From contig JAKLZA010000009.1 in NCBI GenBank assembly GCA_030704615.1, positions 1-64,000 of the forward strand: 64,000 bases of DNA, read 5' to 3'. Under the pieces are notes generated by a model. That model did not search any database. It worked only from the letters and a program-made list of their open reading frames with translations, and was not told the DNA's origin. A program made the translations under genes and the position numbers. The stretch comes from Takakia lepidozioides. Taxonomy: Eukaryota > Plantae > Bryophyta. Positions 25,090 to 36,941 of the stretch are shown piece after piece (the stretch's first letter is position 1; each line of letters opens with the position of its first letter).

Positions 25090-28062
25090 AACGAAGATGT
25101 ATGAAGTCTTCTACTTGGCAATTGAATGGTCATAGCTTTCATAGCTTATGCCATATCAAACAAATTCAAATTCTACAACGTGGGTTAGATTACTACACTC
25201 TATGTGCCCTGCATCCCAAGGTCTGTCCTTGTGGATTCCACACTGGAGAACAAATCACCTCTTTAATGCAACTGCATTGCCCCGCATCCCAAGATCTATC
25301 ATTGGAACTCCAAGAAAGGGTGTTCAATAACCTAATTGGGTAAGAGTTCTACTAACTTCTTCCCAGTGGAGAAGTTTCATTGGATTATTGCAACTTAGTT
25401 GCCCTGCACTTCACCTCATTATGGAGCTCCAATAACCAATGAGTCAATGGATAGGAAACACCAACATTTCCTTCCGACAAACCGGGACGAAATCCTAAAG
25501 ATCTCTCCTTTAACGGGGGGGGGGGGGGGGGGGGGTTCATTGGTTAATGGAACTCACATGTAGTAGTGCTTGTACCAGACACCGTTCACCAGGTTGGGGA
25601 ACTCCACTCCCCTCAGTGTCTCTAATTGTAATGAGCCGTTGTCAAAAACCGTCTTGACAAGATAGGGCCCCATCCCGTATGAGTCGAACTTGGCTTTGAA
25701 CTCCTCGTTTCGACTGTCGAATAATAGTACCAGATCTCCTGGATCAAATATTCTCTTTTTGCGCTTAAAATCAAAGCGAGCTTTCCTTCGTCATTACATT
25801 GCCTCAATGTGCTGAGCTGCTGCTTGCCGGAGTTCATCTCGTCCTTCCAACATCTCAAGTCGTTCTTTTAATGACTCGGACGTCGCCAGCCATTCGGTGA
25901 TGGCCAGTCGTAGAGATGGAATTTCTATCTCGATTGGCATGATGGACTCTACCCCATAAACCAATGAAAAGGGGGTGTGTTGAGTAGTTACCTTATGAGT
26001 CGTGCGAAATGCCCACAAGGCCGAAATCAACTTGGTGTCACAATCCCGCTTGTGCTCCCTAATTGTTTTGGAGAGAATGTTGCACAGGGTTTGGTTGGCG
26101 CGCTCCACCTGCCCACTCGTTTGTGGATGATAAGGGGTCGTTTTGCAATGTTTGATGGAAAATGCCGCCATCATTTCCTCGATGACGTCGTTGATGAAGT
26201 GAGATCCCCTGTCACTCACTATCTCTTTGGGGCATCCGAATCGGGAAATGATATATTCATAAATGAAAGAGGCGGTTACTTGTGCGTTGGCTTTCTTAAC
26301 CGCCTTGGCTTCTGTCCACTTGGTCAGATACTCAGTGGCTACAATGATGTAGCAATTTTGTCGACTCGATGCAGGGTGCACTTCCCCTACATAGTCGATT
26401 CCCCACTTCTCAAACGGAGCAAGAGGGAGTGTGGGAACTAATGGCATTCCAAGCATGTTGTCCCTTTTGGCGTACCTTTGACAAGAGTTGCATTTTTGCA
26501 CATGCATGTGCGCATCTTTGAATATGGAGGGCCAGTAGTATCCTGCCCTTAAAGCCTTCTGCACTGTGAGCCACCCTGCAAAGTGTCCTCCACACATGTT
26601 GTCATGAGCTGATTCTAAAATCAGGGGAACCTCCTCCAGGGTGACGCATCGCCTCAAGAATCCATCCAATCCCCTTCTATAAAGTTGCCCTCCCACAAGA
26701 GCAAACTTCATGTTGCGCAGTTGTAGCCTTTGTCGTGCACGTCGATCCATTCCTGGGGGAAATTCCAGGGTGCTCAAATATTGAGCAATGTGCTCATACC
26801 ATGGAGGGACTGTCTCTATGGAGAACAAGAATGCATCTGGAAAATCATCGTTAATAGGCTCGTCTCCTGTTTTCTCCGACAATCGGGAAAGGTGATCGAC
26901 CTTAGCATTAAGTCTTCCAGGCTTGTAGACTACCTTGTAGTCAAATTCTCAAAGTAGAATAACCCACCTGGCTATTTTTCCTGACAAATCGGGCTTGTTG
27001 ATCAGGTATCGTAATGCCATGTGATCAATGAAAAATGTAAAAGGTGTCTCCAACATTTAGTGCCAATACTTCTTCACGGCAAAAATCATTCCCAGAGCCT
27101 CCCGTTCCGTGGTGCTATACCTAGTTTCAGCGAATGTCAGCTGTCGACTGGTGAAGGATATCGGATGATCATGGCCATCAGCATCTGGTTGGCAAATGGC
27201 ATAGCCTACGGGCATCGCTGAAGCACCAATGTAAACATGAAAAGGCCTGTTCCAATCGGGAGCTGCCAAAACTGGAGCGGACACCAAGCGCTGCTTGAGT
27301 GTCTCAAAAGACTCCCGACACCCTGTATCCCAGGAAAACACCTGGTTCTTCTTCAATAATTGAGTCAGAGGTAAGGCCTTTGCTGCATACTTGTCCATAA
27401 ATTTCCTATACCACCCTGTGTGGCCAAGGAACCCTTTCACCTTAGAAGATGTCTCTGGTGCGGGAAGTTCGACTATGGCGCTCACCTTTGTTAGGTCTGT
27501 CGCCACGCCATCTTTGGACACTATGTGCCCCAGTAGTAGTTCATGTGTGATTGCAAACACGCACTTCATTGGGTTGAGAGAGATCACATTCTCTCTGCAC
27601 CGGATGAAGCACTCCCGTAGTGCTGCAACGTGATCCTTCGCATCCCTGTTGCAACAAAAGTCATCTAAGAAGATGACTAAATTCCTTCTCACGATGTCTA
27701 AGAAGGCGTACGTCATGACCCTCTAAAGTGTTAGAGGTGCGTTGCACAAGCCAAAGGGCATCCTTGTATAGGAAAATGTTCCCCATGGTGAAGTAAACCT
27801 GTGGTTTTTAATACGTCAGGTTTGGATCAATGAACATCTGATTGTACCCTGAAAACCCATCCATGAAAGAATAGAGCTCCTTCCCTGCTACTTCTTCCAC
27901 CAAGGTATCTATGAATGGCAAGGGGAAATGATCCTTGTGTGTTACCTTGTTAAGGGGGCGGAAGTCCACGCATACCCTTATTCCTCCATTTTGGGTCCAT
28001 TCTTCTTTCGGACAATCACCATCGGAGACACCCATGCTGATGTTTCCACTGGGAAGATAAAT
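25090..28062 (-). mobile_element. Truncated, decayed Gypsy element (RT-RNase H-integrase, probable 3' LTR remnant from ~25466 leftward)
   Basis: Minus-strand ORFs 27808-28035, 27057-27716 (FLDD, YSTTEREALG) and 25794-26882 (WGIDYVG, SDRGSHF). RT is cut at ~28062, where a TIR-like end begins. Confidence 0.88.
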
Positions 28063-28063
28063 T

Positions 28064-28160
28064 CAGGGATGCCTCGGCGTGAGCCTGGTCACGTGAGTGC
28101 GTGAGCGCAACTGCGCTCACGCCACGTCACCTTGCGCCAATACCACATCACGGGGCTCAC
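28064..28160 (+). repeat. Putative terminus of element D (CAGGGATGCCTCGGCGTGAGC..., repeated CGTGAG motifs)
   Basis: Aligns with the A terminus (shared CGGCGTGAGCC at the same offset) and starts exactly where the Gypsy RT is truncated. Confidence 0.55.
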
Positions 28161-28557
28161 TCCACGTCACCACGCGCCCAGGAAGAAGTGGAGTGTATTC
28201 CCGCGGATTGGCACCCTTTACCGCGGAAACAAGCTGGACGACATAATAAAAGGCATTGAATAAAGGATGGATGAATGTACAGTTGGATGATAAACAGATG
28301 GATGAGTGTGAAAAATGAATGTAGATGGATGAATGAGGGATGGATAAGAGTCAAATGGATGAATGTATACATTGTAGATGAAAGCACAATGGATATGACA
28401 AGAGTGAGGGAGGTTTGTGAGATGGATTCATACATATTGCAATTTAAATGGTAGTTGATTCTTTGATTATTTTTCTTTCCAAAGGAACAACTACGGTGGA
28501 GGAAGGGGATTCAACGTTTTCCAAAGAGGATGAAACAGAATAGTAAAAGAACATAGT

Positions 28558-31500
28558 TCAGTCTGACTCAGAGTCAGTACAATGTATCCCCACTTCCTCT
28601 GCATCTAAGTCTAAGTATTTAAGAACTCCGGATCTACGCTGGCTACACCTACGGCCAGGCAGTAAATATTCAGGGGATAGGGACTCGGCCGCGTGAAGTG
28701 CCATTGCTTCGGCATAATCAGGAAGCAGAAAATTGGAAAGGGGGCTGTCGAAAACAGACTCGCCACAAATGACTGTATCTCCTGAAGATCCACCGCTGCC
28801 TTTCCTGAAAGACAGCCTGAAAAAGTTATTACTGTAACTTTGATGTTATTGAGAAATTGAGTATGACTCCCAAAGTGGGTTTAGCACTTACTCACATGAA
28901 AAATCGTTGTCGACCTGCTTATCTTTGGGATCGTCATCATTTCAAATTTGAATCCGATCAGTCTGTGTGCCTGAAGTGGAGCCAGACAAAGGGGGAGGAG
29001 CACTGTGTTGTAGAGGTCAGAATCACCCTCCATGCCAAAAAGGCTTCTTCCGCCTGCCTTGCATGCATGGTAAGTTGCTCCTGCACCAGACAGGAGGACA
29101 TGAACAGTTTGGTGGGGGGGGATTTAAGCAGATGGAACTGGTGAAAGAAAATCAATTCGGAAGGGAGAGAACGAACCTGTGGACACAGAAAGATCGACCA
29201 CCCGTGCAGAGTGGTGGCTGCATGACTCTAGCAGTATTTGCATGAATGTTGGGGATTTTTCCTTTGCACCTCTCCAGGGAGTGCCATCTGGTCTCTTCAA
29301 AGTCTGACTGGACTGCATGAAGTTGTATAAAATGTCATCGACATGCGGCTCATAGGGGGGTTGACGAAACAACCCTGGTCAAAAATCTCAAAGCTGCAGA
29401 TGGAGGATGGTGTCTTGGAGGTGCGAATCCTCCGCAGGCAGATCACCTCGAACATCCTCGTCTGCCAAAGATAGCAGGTTAGTGTGGTAAACACAATCTA
29501 TAGTGGAAGTGTGTACATCGGCTATTAAGAACTCAGGCACAAAACAATCATTTTTATCACGAATCGGTGATGATCGGTGTTGATCATGACAGATTCTTCT
29601 AGAGTGGAGCTGCAGAGAACATTGAAACTCATCATGAAAGCACAAGCAAAAGGGAGACGGCATACCAGCTGACCAGGGAAACCCCTTTCACAAGGTAGAG
29701 GCTGTTCACACAATTCCATGTGCGCAAAACTTCAAACCCTGAAGACTTCAGGTATGATGCCAATGCCCGACGACTATCTTTGTCACATGACTGAAAAAGC
29801 AGAAGTGTCCCTGCATCAGAGAGGAAATTATTATAGAACCCGAACACCCAACTCCAGTAGTTGTCCTCGAATTTGTTCCAGCCTGGCGTCTTGCCCTTTG
29901 GAAGAACTTCTGGCACAGCCTGGCCATCCGGGATGTCGAGAATCACAATGTCAGCTGCATATGTTTTCAACACACCGCACACGAAGGTGGGACCTGTGCT
30001 CACCTGCAACAGACATGTTTTTTTAAAGAACGATGGCAAGAATGTTTTCAAAGAACCAGACTGAAATACTGCCAATGAAACTTTCAGAGAAAAAGGAAAG
30101 AAACTGGAATTCTCACCAGATTGAGGAATGAGATTATGTTGTCCCAGGTAGGCGAAGGCACCCCAGTGTATCCTCTCTTTCGACTCTGCATCATCGACAG
30201 CCAACCCTCATCGACAATTTTAATCTCTCCTGCCGAATAAGAACGGGAAGGGTGTGGCTTGGCATCGAACACGCACTGAACTGTGCGGGTATATCTTCCA
30301 GCAGTGAAGTCCTGCCCACTCTCCATCTCATTTTCTTTCTCCTTCCCCTTGTCCTTTTCCTTCTCTTTGGACTTGTCTTTGTCCTTTGGCTTTGCTGGTG
30401 AGATGGCTATGACATCAAGAGCCTTGTCTTTTGGTTTGCGGCCCGCCTTCTTTCCCTTCTGCGGCGTTCCCTGAGCATCAGGCTCCTTGGCAGCCAATGT
30501 TGCTATGTTTCTTTGGTACTCTTCGTCAGTCAGAGGCGCCAGCATCTCAGCATTATTGTTCAAATATTTCATATGTTGTTCTTGAAAGGTCGTGTGCTCC
30601 GGTGGGCAGTCAAGGTACCAGCCATAGTCTCTGAAGTGAGAAGGACTCCAATCCTTCAATATCCCTGCAGTATACATGGTTGGATCGTTTGCAGGGTCCG
30701 ACCACATGTCAAGATAGTCTGGAATACCGCTCAGGTGATTTCCTTCCATAAGCACATATTTCGTGTACCTGTTAAACAGGAGATAAATCCCAACCCACCA
30801 AAGCGCGAAGTGAGTAGATGCAAGTAGCACAGAATGAAAAAAACATGGAATGAAATGGCTCTGAGAACTGCTCCAAGGACCTTTAGGACCACACGACAGC
30901 TTCGGATGTGAATGTCGTCAACGCCATTCAAAACATTCCATTCAATGATTACTGTAAATAACACCCTAATCCACGTGAATGCAAACTCTCATTTGGAATG
31001 ACACAGACATAGAAGTGAATGTTCGTCAACAACATCACTTTGGATTTGTGAAATACACTGCAATCAAGCCTACTAATTTCTCAAAAGAGGCAAATCATTG
31101 ATGGACTGGAAATCAGAAACTCGACTAAGGAACCCTTCCCAAAAACTCAATGGACATTCATAACGAACATAACACTGAGGACCTCATAATAACACTGGAT
31201 GTGAATGGCGTCAATGCCATTCACAAAATTACGAACAAGGAACCAATTAATTAGCTCCCAATCCATGTAAATTCAAATTGTCGCTGGTGAATGACACAGA
31301 CATAGAAGTGAATGTTGTCAACGACATTCACTTTGGATCTCTGATAACACAGCTAATCAAGCCTCAAGATTTCTCGCAAGAGGCAAAAGCAATGCAGAAC
31401 AACTGAATGTTTGCATTGACATTCAGCAAACTGAAGTGAGGAACCCTCACTGTAAACTCTATGGACATTACAAAAACTTATATAACTCTGAGGACCTCTC

Positions 31501-31870
31501 AACAACTCTGGATGTGAATGTCGTCAACGCCATTCAGGGACATTATCAATTCTAATCAGGGACACTGTAATTACACCCTAAGCTCCTAATCCAGGTGAAT
31601 TCAAATTCTCGCTTAAGAATGACTCAGACAAAGAAGTGAATGTCGTCAACGACATTCAATTTGGATCTATGATTACAATCCTTATGAAGCCAAATTATTT
31701 CCCAAAAAGTGCAGTAGAGTTTCCAGTATGATATTGCACCTGTACCCAACTCGCATCATGGCCTACTCTCCTCCAACCTGACTGTCAAAGTCGTTGGACC
31801 GTAAAATGTTACCATCTTTGGAGTACTCTCGGAAAAAACAGTATCTCCAGGTGAGACCTCTCCACTTCCT
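28558..31870 (-). pseudogene. 3' half of divergent ParB-MTase-like gene D/E (methyltransferase-like exons)
   Basis: Exons RKWRGLTWRYCFFREY...AMMRVGYR (31870-31740), YTKYVLMEG...WYLD (30768-30117), ADIVILDIPDG...WNKFEDNYW (30003-~29665), PWRGAKEKSPTFMQILLESCSHHSARVVDLSVSTG and GATYHACKAGGRSLFGMEGD. All are homologous to genes A and C. Confidence 0.8.
30870..31690. repeat. Intronic ~300-bp tandem repeat (~3 units) carrying D-type palindromes GAATGTCGTCAACGACATTC
   Basis: Palindrome copies at 30910, 31017, 31203, 31310, 31516 and 31638, inside intron 30769-31739. Confidence 0.85.
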
Positions 31871-32255
31871 GAGGTTTGCTATTTCATGAGCATGAGCGGC
31901 ATGAGCGGCATGAGCAGAGTAGTAAGACAATCGGTTTTCATGAGCAGAAGTACAAATTTCGAAAATAAAAAACAATAAAAATAATAATTTAATGCAATGT
32001 GTCAGGAAAAACAAATATATTATTCGGCCCCTTGAAGGGAAAAATTGCAGGTAATTCGGCCCATTTTTCCAGTGCATGTTCGGACTTAGCCAGTTTTCGG
32101 CGCAAAAATAGGAAAATTCGGCGCCATTTTTTCAGACACTGTACCAGTGCATGTTGGGCCAGTGCATGTTGGGACTTAGCCAGTTTTCGGCCCAAAAAAG
32201 AGAAATTCGGGGCCATTTTTCCATTCCAGGAATGGCCCCACAACTGCTTCTGTTC
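31871..32255 (+). repeat. Left TIR of element B
   Basis: GAGGTTTGCTATTTCATGAGCATGAGCGGC...; matches the reverse complement of the right end. Confidence 0.92.
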
Positions 32256-32579
32256 CATCCATCCGTGCTCTGAATTACCTGCAGGATGGAAATCCGGCGC
32301 CGGAATTCTATTCTGCTGCGGCTTCGAAATTACCTCTACGTTGGAAATTCCGGGGGCCGAGTTGTGTGTCATATTTCATCTGAAGGGAGGGCTTCATCCG
32401 ACATTTAATGCGTAGTTGGCATTTAAATGTCCACGCCGTCCGTTTTTATTCGGGCTGGCGACACATGGCTTCCTCGAGTACGTACCCTAAATCTGTATGC
32501 TAATCTTGGATTAATTTAAAATTCTATTCGAGACTGTTACCCCAAAAAAATGAGATCTTTTCCATTTTGGCTGGGACTT

Positions 32580-35561
32580 ATGCCGCTTTGAAGGGCGTGT
32601 CTCTCCTGAGAGAGACCTCACATCCAGGACCGCGGCGGAAGTTGAAAGCTTTTGTACTTACGGACGACGGCCAATCTCTCGCATGGCCAAACTTAAGCTC
32701 CAGCAGGAGATTCCAGTGTCTTGCTCACAACCCGCGCCAACTGAAGCCGAGTACTCTCAGGCAAGCCACTTCTGCTTCGCTTTGTTCGCTTTCGCTTTGT
32801 TGTTTCGCTTTTGTTTTTGCATCTTCATCCTGGCATCGTTGGAAAGCGTTATGGCTGGCATCGCAAAAAAGCAAGCAGCTGTTTTGTTGCGGAGAATGAT
32901 CAAGTCTGAGAGTGGTTAAAAATTAAGGAAATCCATGCTGAGCTGGAAGAAAATGATGAAGTGCCTTCAAAACATTTCACCTGTTTCCCGTCTTATGGAA
33001 TTCCTGATCATTTGTTCATCGTGTTTTTATTACCGGTTGAGTGAACCTTAGATAGGTTTGCAATGCGGTGCAAAGCCGGGCAGCTCTGGAGAAGGCTGAT
33101 TGTGCATGTCATTCTTAGGCATTGGTTGGGGATTGTTTTCATTGTTGTCCATTGGCACTCCATACTCCTAAACTTGTTTTTTGTGCAAAGCCGGCAGCTC
33201 TGAGAAGGCTGCTTGTGCATGTCATTCTTATGTGCAAAGCCGGCAGCTCTGAGAAGGCTGCTTGTGCATGTCATTCTTAGGCTTGGTTGGATTTTTTTCA
33301 TTGTTGTCCATGGCACTCCATACCTTCCTAACGTGTTTTGTTTTTGATTTTTTGTTCCCGTTGTTGTTCCACGATTGTTGCTATGGGGTTGCGTTTCTTC
33401 GTTGCGATGTTGGTTTTGTTGTTTTTTGTTTTTTTTTTTTTTTTTTGGTTTTGCACCGATGTTGGTTCTGACGATTTTGGGGAATGACAGAGTGACGACG
33501 AGCCCGGCACGCTGGTGGTATCATCGACCACTCCAACTCATCGATTTTTTGAATCGCCCAACTTGGGGCGAGAGGGCAAACTTCAACCTTTTGTTGGTGG
33601 ACGGGAGGACCTGCAGCGAGGGTACGACAGATATAGGCATTGGGGAGGTTGGTGCAGGCGGCATGGCAGGTGAAGGGGGTGAGGACGTGAGGACAATCAG
33701 ATCCGACAATGGAGGTTGTTGATGCACATGCAGTAGGGCCCCGCCCACGCAAAGAAGAAGAAGAAAGCTAAGCACATGCAATCCCCGGCGAGAGAGCCGT
33801 CACGGGCTGCGGAGGGGGGAGTGAGCAGTGCGCGCGAGGGTGTTCCTTCTCCTCAATCAAAGGTGGTCGTCCTAGAGGGCTCCCCTGCTGCTAGCCCTAG
33901 TAAGAAACAGAAAGCCCGTGAGAGGGCAAAAGAGAGGGCAAAAGAACAGGCGAGACAGAAGGCTAGCCAGGAGGAAAGAGAAAAGGCCACTGAAGAGGCC
34001 AGGTGTGCCCAAATGACAGATGCCAATGTAAGCGAGGGACGCACAGAGATGGTGGATCCCTCCAAGACACCACAAAAGAGGCAGTAACACACCGTTACAC
34101 CATCGCGGACAAGAGCAGCCCCCGCAATTACCCATACGGTGGAGAGTGGAGGAGAGGAAAGAACACCACAAAGAGCACGGATTGTGCAAGTTCGAGGTGA
34201 AGTCGGGGAGATGGCAGTAGAGACCGGGAGAGTGCTCGAGGTGGTTTCGCCGGTGGTTCACCATGTTGAGGAGGATGACACCGAGCTTTCTGACTAGGAT
34301 GACATCCTCCCGGACATCCCCAGGCCCCAAACCCGCAGCATACAGGCTGGATTTGGCGGTCCTGGTGGGCTGCCGGAGAACCCCTCTGCAGCAGACGTCA
34401 TGTCGGAGGCGGATATGAAGTTTGGCCGCTGCCAAGATGTTGGAGGCAACCCACAACAACATTGGCGGGGTGCTGGGGGGCATGGTGTACCCGGCCAAGC
34501 TTCGAATTCCCCTTTGCCGCTTTGGTGTCTTTGCAGGTGGTGAGACCTGCCCTCCCAGGCGATATCGACAAGCTGAAATTCTCTTTCCGGGTTGGATATT
34601 GAATGGGGTCTGCCCCGTTTTACGTTTCCATTGAGAACGACCATGGAGCTTCCCGTGCCCACACTTCCGATGAGGTGGACAAATGGGGTCCCCATTGGCA
34701 AAGGCGAAATGAGGAGTTCGAGAGAACAATTGCTACTGATCTCTCTTTTCCAGCACTTGTCCGGTAAGATGTTTTACGTGTGGGACGGCAATCATCGCCT
34801 CCTGGCATGGATGGAGCACATAGCCGAAGCCCACCCCAACGACCTCGATTGGCATTTCGCCGTGGAGTGTGTTGTGCTGAAGGTTACGGGGCCCAAAGAT
34901 CGCAGTCTTCTCAAAGCTGCAATGGCGGACATCAACTCGTAAGTTACAACGCCTCTTGCTTTTGGACCCTCCGATTGTAAGTCATTTCATTGCGAATCCT
35001 CATATTTGTTGAAAATTCCCATTTCAGTATTGTTTGATGGAAATGTGGCATTGCAGAGTGACTGAGAATGCCTTCATTGCCACCAACTTGTCCCATATGC
35101 TCTTCCAAGTGAAGGATGTCGGGAAGCAGGGGGTGCAAGAGTTTGCCAATTCGCTCAGTGCCGACCTCATGCGCAAGTCGGAGGCAAAGGCAGACAGAAC
35201 CTGGTATAGGCTGAGCATGGACGCCATGGTGGACTACATATTTCGGGTAAAGCTCCTGAATGTTTTGTTGAGCTAATCTGTCTCTCCTCCCCCAATAGAA
35301 GAAAAAGTGTTGAGCAGGATCTCTAATCTTATGTGCGCATTCTTGACAGACGAAAAAATTCAGCAGGATTTGGCACATGCGCGGAGGTTCTACATGGAGT
35401 CAGAGGAGAAGAATCTAACCCTCCCAGCACTCGAATCGTATCTCAAAGCTGCGGAGGTGAGGGCCCGCATAAAGTACAAGTCGCGGATGGTAAAGTACGT
35501 GGCCATAGCTGATCCCGCCCTTGGTGCCGACTTTCTGGTGAAGGTGGGGAAGCACTACTCC
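32580..35561 (+). pseudogene. Gene B: 5' half of a ParB-MTase-like gene, close relative of gene C, truncated after ...VGKHYS
   Basis: Highly similar to 49440-52035 on the minus strand; MFYVWDGNHRLLAW at ~34770-34810; several frameshifts; abrupt junction to the repeat array at ~35562. Confidence 0.88.
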
Positions 35562-35564
35562 TGA

Positions 35565-36710
35565 GTGGTGAGGCCCAAAACTGGACGATATAAAAACCTC
35601 CCAGGATGGAAAAACGGCGCCGAATTTCCGCCTGGACTTCCTTTGAGGGGGCCCGGATGGAAATTCGGCGGCGAATTTCCATCCGGGGGATGGTCTCTGT
35701 CGGACAGGTGCCGGCCTCTCCCCCCCGAGGCGACTTCGTCCGGGCGTCCTCTGTTGGATATTCGGTGCCGAATTTCTGTCCGGGGGTTGAAATGTGACGG
35801 CCAGGTGCCGGCCTCTCCCCCCTCCCCGACTGCATCCGAACCGCCCCGCACGGAAATTCGGCGTCGTTTTTCCATCCTGGGAGGTTTTTTTATCGTCCAG
35901 TTTTGGGCCTCACCACCCGACCGGACTTCCTTTGAGGGGGCCCGGATGGAAATTCGGCGGCGAATTTCATCCGGGGATGGTCTCTGTCGGACAGGTGCCG
36001 GCCTCTCCGCCCAGGCGACTTCGTTGGGCGTCCTCTGTTGGATATTCGGTGCCGAATTTTCCGTCCCGGGGTTGAAATGTGACGGCCAGGTGCCGGCCTC
36101 TCCCCCCCCCCGACTGCATCCGAATGGCCCCGGATGGAAATTCGGCGCCGTTTTCCCATTTGGGGGAGGTTTTTATGTCGGCCAGTTTTCGGCCTGCCCC
36201 CCCCCCGACACGACTTCCTTTGGGGGGGCCCGGACGGAAATTCGGCGCCGAATCTCCATCATCCGGGGGATGCTCTCTGTCGAACACGCGCCGGCCTCTA
36301 CGCCCGAGGCGACTTCATCCGGGCTTCCCCTGTTGGATATTCGGTGCCGAATTTCCGTCCGGGGGTTGTAATGTGAGGGCCAGGTGGCGGCCTTTCCCCC
36401 GAGCCGACTGCATCCGAACGGCCTCGGATGGAAAATTCGGCGCCGTTTTTCCATCCGGGGAGGTTTTATGTCGGCCAGTTTTCGGCCTGACCCCCCGACA
36501 CGACTTCCTTTGGGGGGATCCGAATGGAAATTCGGCGCTGAATTTCCATCCGGGGGTTGTTCTCTGTCGGACAGGTTCCGGCCTCCTGCCCGAGGCGACT
36601 TCACACGTGCGGCCCCTGCTGGATATTTGGTGCCGAATTTTCATCCGGGGGTAGTAATGTGACGGCACGGTGCCGGCTTCTCCCCTTCATCCGACATCAT
36701 CCGAACGGCC
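35565..36710. repeat. GC-rich array of B-type palindromes GAAATTCGGCGCCGAATTTC with ~96-bp period (higher-order unit ~288 bp)
   Basis: Copies at 35660, 35757, 35853, 35949, 36041, 36137, 36237, 36336, 36431, 36527, 36622. Confidence 0.93.
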
Positions 36711-36941
36711 CCCCACTTTCTGACTGCATACCATTGGCAGTTATTGCGCAAAGACCAGGGGCCGCATTCCTGAGACAAGGTTCATTAACACTCTGACTGT
36801 GGATTTTTGAGATAGTTGGCTCCCTGGATTTGGATCAGGCTTCGTCGCTCGGACAAATCGGCACTGCATTCCTTCCCATCGCTGCATCCCCCAGGGAGCT
36901 TGCCCGCACGCCATCCTGGGAGTTTTGTGTGCACATCTCCC

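Noticed and set aside
25515-25535. Poly-G run as a regulatory or G-quadruplex element
   Set aside because: A single homopolymer in a decayed retroelement; its length is unreliable and nothing else supports a function.
28590-28598. Third occurrence of CCACTTCCT (the TSD sequence)
   Set aside because: Lies inside the last exon of gene D with no adjacent terminus; treated as coincidence.
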